Source: a virus. From it: a stretch of 64,000 bases of DNA. Position 1 is the stretch's first letter. Each line of letters opens with the position of its first letter. This document shows, piece by piece, positions 58,031 to 64,000 of the stretch. The stretch spans positions 1-64,000 of the IMG/VR virus record IMGVR_UViG_3300033145_001136, one strand, 5' to 3'. Made by a program: the position numbers and the translations under genes. The notes beneath the pieces are model-generated. The model saw only the letters and a program-made list of their open reading frames with translations. It was not told the DNA's origin and made no database searches.

Positions 58031-59098
58031 TTATTCCTCTCTTGGCATCGAAACTTTATTTCCTGGTTGAGCTTCGTTAGGGATTTCACCCCTATAATCA
58101 AATGCATGAACAAACCCACCACGAATAATATTGAGCATTTCAAAGTCAGCAACAAAATCACTTATCATACAAAGTTCATTGGTAAGGTTTGTATTTGATA
58201 TTGTTAAGTTGTCAGAATTTATTGTTACCGGGATTCCAAAATCTAACATATATCTAAGTGGAAACGCGTGCTTGTATTTTACCGATCCCGTGTGAAAAGA
58301 TGAAGACGGGCATAATTCAATTGGCGCGCCATAATCTCGCAATAATCGCATAATTCCTTTGTCATCCACTGCTCTATAACAATGTCCCAATCGATCCGGT
58401 TCAAGAGCTTCCACTGCTTCACCAATCATGTATGCCGGACAATTTTCTCCTATGTGAAAAGTCGCCTTCATCCCGCATCCCCTAGCCATAGAAAAGGCTT
58501 CATGAAATAATTTAGGAGAAATCGCTTCGTATCCTGCAGCATCAAACCCAACTACAAACTTATCCATTAATTGTGTTCTGTGACTAAATACCTCGTCAAG
58601 CATATGTGTGGCTACTTTGGGCCCTTCCTGTCGCATAGCGATAACAATAGCTCTACCGGTGATGTCGTCAAACATATCCCCTACCATCGCTAATCCCTCA
58701 CATACCGCATTTACTGTATCTGCGACACCAAGTCCACGTCGCATATGTAGAGTTGGCGCAAATCTCAATTCAAAATATGTAACATTATCTTTTTTTAGTT
58801 GTTGACCTATGTTTATTACGCTATCCCGCAATAAATCGTATGTCTGAGTTATCCACAGTGGATAAAAGAAACAATCCAAATATTCTAATAACGTATTAGC
58901 ATTTGCCGCAGATAGTTTTGCTCGTAATCGTCCAACATCTTGTAATTCTGGTGGCAGTATAACTCCTTCACCCATGTGCTCCACTTCTTTAGACAAGTGC
59001 ACCATAAATTCCGGCTCTATTGATCCATCCAAGTGCAAATGTAATTCTGCTTTTGGAATTTGCCGTATTGTTTTATACCACTTATGATAATCCCTCAT
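58031..59098 (-). CDS. Adenosine/AMP deaminase family protein
   Basis: IPKAELHLHLDGS, YFELRFAP, GFDAAGYE, TFHIGE, DRLGH, IELCPSS, INSDN. Confidence 0.92.
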   Translation of the reverse strand: MRDYHKWYKTIRQIPKAELHLHLDGSIEPEFMVHLSKEVEHMGEGVILPPELQDVGRLRAKLSAANANTLLEYLDCFFYPLWITQTYDLLRDSVINIGQQLKKDNVTYFELRFAPTLHMRRGLGVADTVNAVCEGLAMVGDMFDDITGRAIVIAMRQEGPKVATHMLDEVFSHRTQLMDKFVVGFDAAGYEAISPKLFHEAFSMARGCGMKATFHIGENCPAYMIGEAVEALEPDRLGHCYRAVDDKGIMRLLRDYGAPIELCPSSSFHTGSVKYKHAFPLRYMLDFGIPVTINSDNLTISNTNLTNELCMISDFVADFEMLNIIRGGFVHAFDYRGEIPNEAQPGNKVSMPREE

Positions 59099-61863
59099 CC
59101 TCCCTCCTGACTACCTGGTATCATAGCGTCTATAATAAGTGGATCTGTCACTTCGTTTGTTATCTCGCTATCCGATGTCGATGTTTCCACAACAAGCGAA
59201 TCTATCTCTTCAAATTGCAGAGTACCTGGCATGTCATATTCACCATTGTCGTATAACACCCGGAGTGTGTCCCCCATTTTCCCATATCTGTGCTTATCTA
59301 TGGTAATTATAACATTGCCGAACTGCAAGCCTCGTTTTTTAACGATTGAATCTGGAATCTTCTTTAGTGCGATTTGTTTATCTGCATCTGCCCCCATCCC
59401 CTTTGCTCCAGCTAGTTTATATGTGGACTGTTTCATCGCATCTTGGTCATTTTCTGGTGGTTTTAACTGCTGTATCAATGTGATACTTATTTCACAATCT
59501 CGTTTCTCAGCCCTATTCTTTAAAATGGCTGTGGCTCGCTTTAGTACCTCCCATCCCTGTGTGGTATCACGCAATCTCTCCGGGACCAATAACTGCATAT
59601 AATCAATCCAGAAGTATTCGCAACCATTTTCATAGTATTCTTTATCTATCAGCGACAACCACGATGTAATTGTCATCTCCCTTGGTCTTAAAATACGTAA
59701 TTTGCCTTGTGCATATATATCTCGCACTGCCTTTACTTTGTCCATTTGTTCCACTGTTAATTGGCCAGACCTCAGTGGTGTTAGTGGAACGCCTGCGTGT
59801 TGTGCCCACATACGATATATTAGCTCTCTAGGAGGCATTTCTCCAGAGATAAACGACACCCCCACCTGTTCCTCTGCTGGGGCCAAAACCGCCATATTTT
59901 TACACACATCTACCGCAAAGGCTGTTTTGCCCACACCGAATGGGGCGGCCACATAAAATAATTGCCCCTTTTCAATCCCCTGTAATATGCGTGTTAATTT
60001 AGGCCAGTTTTCTCCCAAACTTACTCCAACTATGTCTTTACCCATATGTTGTCGTTCTAACAATACCTCAAATGCCTCATCTGCCTGATCCAGTGGATTA
60101 GAACTTCCACTAAATCGATCTATCATACCAACATTAGTCATCTCAAGCTTGTGCTGTACCACTATATCTATAAGTTCTGTAGATAGATCTGTCGCTGCAG
60201 CAGTAAGCCGCTCTGATGATATTTTTGCTTTCCTCCTACTTGACAGATCTATCAATTTCTCTATTGCAGACTCTATATCTACTTCATAATCATCTGCCAA
60301 ACTGCGGACATAATCTGCAACCCCTGATTGTTCTATTCGATCAAAATGTTCGCTAATAGCATCCTTAGCAATTGGAGATTCTGTGCGATATTTCTTTACT
60401 ATTATGTTGAAAATTTCTATGTGCCTATTTAAATAAAAATCATCTTCTCGTAAATCAAGGATTGCTTTTGCTGCCGCTTTTTTGTCTATCATCATCGCAG
60501 TTATGACTTGTTTTTCTAGTCCAGTAGCCCGCAAATGTGCGTCGTCGCTTGTTACATTTTCCGATAACCAGTCCTTAATCAATAATGCCTCTATGTCGAG
60601 CTTTGTGGCAAGAAGGCCAATCGCGAGCTCTAGCTCCAGCCCACCGAAAACAGCTACTTGTTCACCAACTTTGGCCAAGAATTCTAATTTGTTCGTAATA
60701 GTTTCTATCGGTTCATCTGTTAGATATGCATCGATGAAAAATTCTACCGGATGTGTCGCTGATTCAATAAGCCCCATAAATATGTCTGGGCCATTATCTT
60801 TAATAAAGCTGTCTGGATCGTCTTCCACCATGTGTGCAATCCGCACCAATGGTGGAAATGTCAATTTTCGCATAGACTCAACTAAATTAGCTGCCGACTC
60901 CAATCCTCCCTTATCACCATCTGGGCACCATATAAACTCCCTAACCTTTAATTTAGTCATTTCGTCCAAATGTTCTTGTCGTATACTTGTTCCTCGTAAG
61001 CCCACAACATTCTTAATCCCACGACTATGTGCCATCAGTACATCGTGCACTCCCTCCACACCAATAAGCTGATGTCCTGTTTTTAATAAGTTTCGCCTGG
61101 CAATATGTGACCCATATAAAAAGTTGTTATACTTTCGTAAAGGATGCTTGTTTGAGAATCCCTTGTATTTCCAATCGTCAACCCCTATGCGCGTTATTTG
61201 AAAATCAACAATGAAATCCCCGCTAATCCCTTGGGCCGTGGCGTAATGTGGATACACCAATACTTCACGAAATCGCTCTGGTATGTTATCTTGTGTACTT
61301 CCTGGTATTACTAATTCTAGTTGTATGGCCTCATCATATGACACATCATTATTCCGCAGGTGCTCCATTAGGCCTGCCTCGTTACTACACCAGCCAATAC
61401 CAAAAGCATTTATTGTATCAAGGTCAATCCCCCGAACATCTATTAAATGATTATATGCCGCTGCATTTTTTATTAGTTCGGCACTAAAATAATCACCCGC
61501 TAATTTCATAATTGTAAAATATCTAAACATCGCCAACTCTGCGGGCGTTGGCTCCCTATGGTATTTATCTACATCAATTGCAAATTCTGACGCCAAATGT
61601 TCTAGAGCTTCAACGTACGTCAATCCATGCATAAACTCTACCCAACTAATTATATCACCCTGTGCCTTACACCCAAAACAATAATATCCATTTGATTCGT
61701 GATATACTGTCAACGATGGAGTTTTCTTATCTTGATGAAATGGGCACATAAATTTTGTATATGACGAGGTCTCAAGACATGGGGCCAGGTCTTGTCCCAT
61801 ATACTCCACCAGCGGGATCGCGCTCTTTACAACATCTCTAAGTTGATTTGTTTCAATAAGCAT
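59095..61863 (-). CDS. DnaG primase-DnaB helicase fusion
   Basis: CPFHQDKKTPS...CFGC (CHC2), VEGVHDV and DGDKGG (TOPRIM), DnaB N-terminal region (EKQVI...DFYLNRH..IF), GVGKTAF, ISGEM, IDYMQL, DAD, DKHRYG. Confidence 0.92.
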   Translation of the reverse strand: MLIETNQLRDVVKSAIPLVEYMGQDLAPCLETSSYTKFMCPFHQDKKTPSLTVYHESNGYYCFGCKAQGDIISWVEFMHGLTYVEALEHLASEFAIDVDKYHREPTPAELAMFRYFTIMKLAGDYFSAELIKNAAAYNHLIDVRGIDLDTINAFGIGWCSNEAGLMEHLRNNDVSYDEAIQLELVIPGSTQDNIPERFREVLVYPHYATAQGISGDFIVDFQITRIGVDDWKYKGFSNKHPLRKYNNFLYGSHIARRNLLKTGHQLIGVEGVHDVLMAHSRGIKNVVGLRGTSIRQEHLDEMTKLKVREFIWCPDGDKGGLESAANLVESMRKLTFPPLVRIAHMVEDDPDSFIKDNGPDIFMGLIESATHPVEFFIDAYLTDEPIETITNKLEFLAKVGEQVAVFGGLELELAIGLLATKLDIEALLIKDWLSENVTSDDAHLRATGLEKQVITAMMIDKKAAAKAILDLREDDFYLNRHIEIFNIIVKKYRTESPIAKDAISEHFDRIEQSGVADYVRSLADDYEVDIESAIEKLIDLSSRRKAKISSERLTAAATDLSTELIDIVVQHKLEMTNVGMIDRFSGSSNPLDQADEAFEVLLERQHMGKDIVGVSLGENWPKLTRILQGIEKGQLFYVAAPFGVGKTAFAVDVCKNMAVLAPAEEQVGVSFISGEMPPRELIYRMWAQHAGVPLTPLRSGQLTVEQMDKVKAVRDIYAQGKLRILRPREMTITSWLSLIDKEYYENGCEYFWIDYMQLLVPERLRDTTQGWEVLKRATAILKNRAEKRDCEISITLIQQLKPPENDQDAMKQSTYKLAGAKGMGADADKQIALKKIPDSIVKKRGLQFGNVIITIDKHRYGKMGDTLRVLYDNGEYDMPGTLQFEEIDSLVVETSTSDSEITNEVTDPLIIDAMIPGSQEGG

Positions 61864-62552
61864 TATATATCGCGCCTCAGTATTCTCAATTCATCTTTTT
61901 TGATTTTCCATTCATCCAGCTCGTCCTGTACTTGGTCCGGATCAAGTATCAAAGTCTGCTCCTGCTTTATTTTCTTAACTGGCGCATCATAGATTTGTTG
62001 CATACGCCTGTCTTCAACTTTTTCTCGCTGTATAGCCCCATTTAGTATGCTTCTCCAGTAACCATAGTGTCGTTTATCCATTGCGACTTTATCTAATGCC
62101 TCGAAAGAATCATTAAAGACTTCTTGAGGATGTGTTTGTGCAAGCTCAACCAAATCTTGTAATTGATCTCTAGAAATGTCCTGGGTAAGATATTCGGTTA
62201 GCCCTGAATATAGGTGTGTCGTACAAGCAGTCCACTTTGGGTCTGGGAATTGACGATAGTCAGGCCTCTTACCATATTTGTTTTTAAATATCTGATAATA
62301 ATATTTATTAAAACTATGAAAAATTTTAGAGGTCTCTGATGCCCTAGGCGCAAATTCATCAACCACATTTAACATAGCCACCGGGTAGAAACTATAAGCC
62401 AGTTTCTCTACTTCTATGAGATCATATTCTGGCTGTTGATCTGGTAAAACCCATTCAAGCCACCTAGTCAGAACTCTCCTGGCCGGTGTGCTCATCACTA
62501 AGGGAAGTGCTGCGATTCTCTCTGTGATCAAGTCGTCGTCGTGCTTCTGCAA
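61863..62552 (-). CDS. Hypothetical replication-associated protein (weak DnaD-like C-terminus)
   Basis: EALDKVAMDKRHYGYWRSILN resembles the DnaD YxxxIL motif. It is coupled to the primase-helicase gene. Confidence 0.5.
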   Translation of the reverse strand: MQKHDDDLITERIAALPLVMSTPARRVLTRWLEWVLPDQQPEYDLIEVEKLAYSFYPVAMLNVVDEFAPRASETSKIFHSFNKYYYQIFKNKYGKRPDYRQFPDPKWTACTTHLYSGLTEYLTQDISRDQLQDLVELAQTHPQEVFNDSFEALDKVAMDKRHYGYWRSILNGAIQREKVEDRRMQQIYDAPVKKIKQEQTLILDPDQVQDELDEWKIKKDELRILRRDI

Positions 62553-64000
62553 GTCTTTTCTTCTCCTCGTCTGTTTCTATCAATTCTTCAAACTTGTTAA
62601 GCCATTCCCTAGCTGCAGCAAACTTATCTAACTGCTGAAAGGCCAGTAAACCAAGGTTCCACAATACGGCTTTATCGTCCTTGGTGATGGTATTATAGAA
62701 CCGCTCATACCATTCGTATGCTTCCTGATTCATTTCTTGTCTATGAAGAAAAGAAGCATAATCTTTAATATTGAGCGCCACCATTTCTGGTTCTGGAATA
62801 TCGGTCATCTCAGCCGCCCGCAAAAAGCATCTCTTAGCCTCTTCTATTTCGTATCGCTCTTCATGGATGAGCCCAAGATTATGCCACTCTGTATAATCAA
62901 TACGATCTTCCGGGAAAGCATAGATCTGTTCTAGCAAATGGTCCACCTTGAAATTCACTTTTTGTTTTGTGTGCATTAGCGCCATCATGACCATGTTAGT
63001 AATCGATGATTCTCCATCGCGTCTTTCGTAATCTATCTCTGCCTCTATGGCCCTAAGAAGCAAGGCCTGTAAATCATCCCCACGCTTATGCATTTTTTTA
63101 TATTCTTTAATCCGACCCTCTGCAATGGCATAATTCTTATCCGCAATGTCTACCTTAAGCTGCAATACAACCGCATCAAATTCATCAGTACTATTGTCTA
63201 TCACATCCTGAATCAATGCACGTACTTCATCAACCCTGCCACATAATAGGGCCGCTTCTACATATCGTCTTCGCAACATAGGATCATCTATCACATCTTC
63301 AATTGCCCTACCTAACAACTCAAATGCTCTCTCTAAATTACCCTGTCGCACCATTAGTGTTGACAAATTCACAAGCACAAGTGAATCATTTGGTGCAATG
63401 GCATAGGCCGTTTCAAGGTGGTGCAGTGCTTTTTCAGCATTGTTGTGATGGTCCATATAGTACGCCGCTAAGTTAAGGTGCGGTTCTATAGCATCTGGCT
63501 CAAGCTCTAGAGTTTGTTCATAGTAACCTCTGGCCTTTTCCCAATCCTCTCGATGCATGGCAATTAGTCCAAGGTTATTATATATTTGTGGCATATATGG
63601 TAATAGTTCTGCGGCTTTCAGAAACAATTTTTCTGCTTTAGTTGGATTACTATCAATTACGATATTCGCCAATGCTAAATATGCATCGCCCAGCTTAGGA
63701 TTAAGTTCTATGGTAGTTTCTAATGCAACTATTGCTTCTTGTACCCTATCCTGACGTATTAGGGTAATCCCATAATTATACCATGCATCCGCATAGTCCG
63801 GCTTTAATGCGATTGCCTTTTCTAACTGTTCTTGTGCACTACTAACATCATTTTTAAATTCCATATATTGTAGAGCTAATTCAAAACATGCCTTTGCATT
63901 TTCTGGATCTCCTTCTACCTTCTTTTGGCCAACTCTAATAGATTGGTCTCCCTTTCCTTTCATACGTTCTGTGTCACGAATCTTACCATAGTGATGTACC
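62464..64000 (-). CDS. TPR-repeat protein, 5'-truncated; probably the C-terminal part of a GT2-TPR glycosyltransferase
   Basis: Many TPRs (e.g. AIALKPDYADAWYNYG, LNPKLGDAYLALA, PQIYNNLG). The frame stays open upstream of ATG 63963 to the window edge and reads VHHYGKIRDTER. Confidence 0.8.
   Translation of the reverse strand, partial: VHHYGKIRDTERMKGKGDQSIRVGQKKVEGDPENAKACFELALQYMEFKNDVSSAQEQLEKAIALKPDYADAWYNYGITLIRQDRVQEAIVALETTIELNPKLGDAYLALANIVIDSNPTKAEKLFLKAAELLPYMPQIYNNLGLIAMHREDWEKARGYYEQTLELEPDAIEPHLNLAAYYMDHHNNAEKALHHLETAYAIAPNDSLVLVNLSTLMVRQGNLERAFELLGRAIEDVIDDPMLRRRYVEAALLCGRVDEVRALIQDVIDNSTDEFDAVVLQLKVDIADKNYAIAEGRIKEYKKMHKRGDDLQALLLRAIEAEIDYERRDGESSITNMVMMALMHTKQKVNFKVDHLLEQIYAFPEDRIDYTEWHNLGLIHEERYEIEEAKRCFLRAAEMTDIPEPEMVALNIKDYASFLHRQEMNQEAYEWYERFYNTITKDDKAVLWNLGLLAFQQLDKFAAAREWLNKFEELIETDEEKKRLAEARRRLDHRENRSTSLSDEHTGQESSD

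Noticed and set aside
184-63754. Numerous plus-strand ORFs of 60-290 aa (e.g. 12381-13244, 41805-42518, 17508-18134)
   Set aside because: They are antisense shadows of long minus-strand genes, rich in Ser/Ile/Cys, with no motifs or RBS.
1-64000. tRNA, rRNA, CRISPR arrays, or stop-codon reassignment
   Set aside because: No cloverleaf or repeat-spacer arrays were seen in the few short intergenic gaps. Genes are full-length under the standard code and end in TAA, TAG and TGA.

Overview
This window is a 64-kb segment of a large tailed dsDNA bacteriophage (Caudoviricetes). Every credible gene lies on the minus strand, tightly packed and often translationally coupled. DnaE, a sigma-70 region 4 domain and GGAGG/AGGTGA Shine-Dalgarno sites point to a bacterial host. 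In transcription order (right to left) it has four blocks. (1) A 5'-truncated TPR protein that is probably a GT2-TPR glycosyltransferase. (2) A replication and nucleotide block: DnaG-DnaB fusion, adenosine deaminase, adenylate kinase-like protein, NMP N-glycosidase/NDT-like protein, dUTPase, class II RNR with two LAGLIDADG inteins, family 4 UDG, DnaE and a single-ORF SbcD-SbcC (Mre11-Rad50) fusion. (3) A ~15-kb glycan-modification cluster with several glycosyltransferases, a DegT aminotransferase, methyltransferases, three sulfotransferase-like paralogs and a complete 2-hydroxyethylphosphonate route (cytidylyltransferase-PepM fusion, split Ppd, Fe-ADH reductase, TagF-like transferase). (4) The packaging and head block: TerS, TerL, portal, a 4766-aa MuF-family protein with an N-terminal metallo-beta-lactamase-fold hydrolase, two 'HPRG..G.F' proteins (one a membrane zinc peptidase), prohead protease-scaffold, decoration protein and major capsid protein (truncated at the left edge). 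The most notable candidates are the phage-encoded phosphonoglycan machinery with no export genes, the giant MBL-MuF virion protein with its probable head cargo set, and the deaminase/kinase/glycosidase purine cassette. All calls come from motif recognition by eye; no database searches were run.
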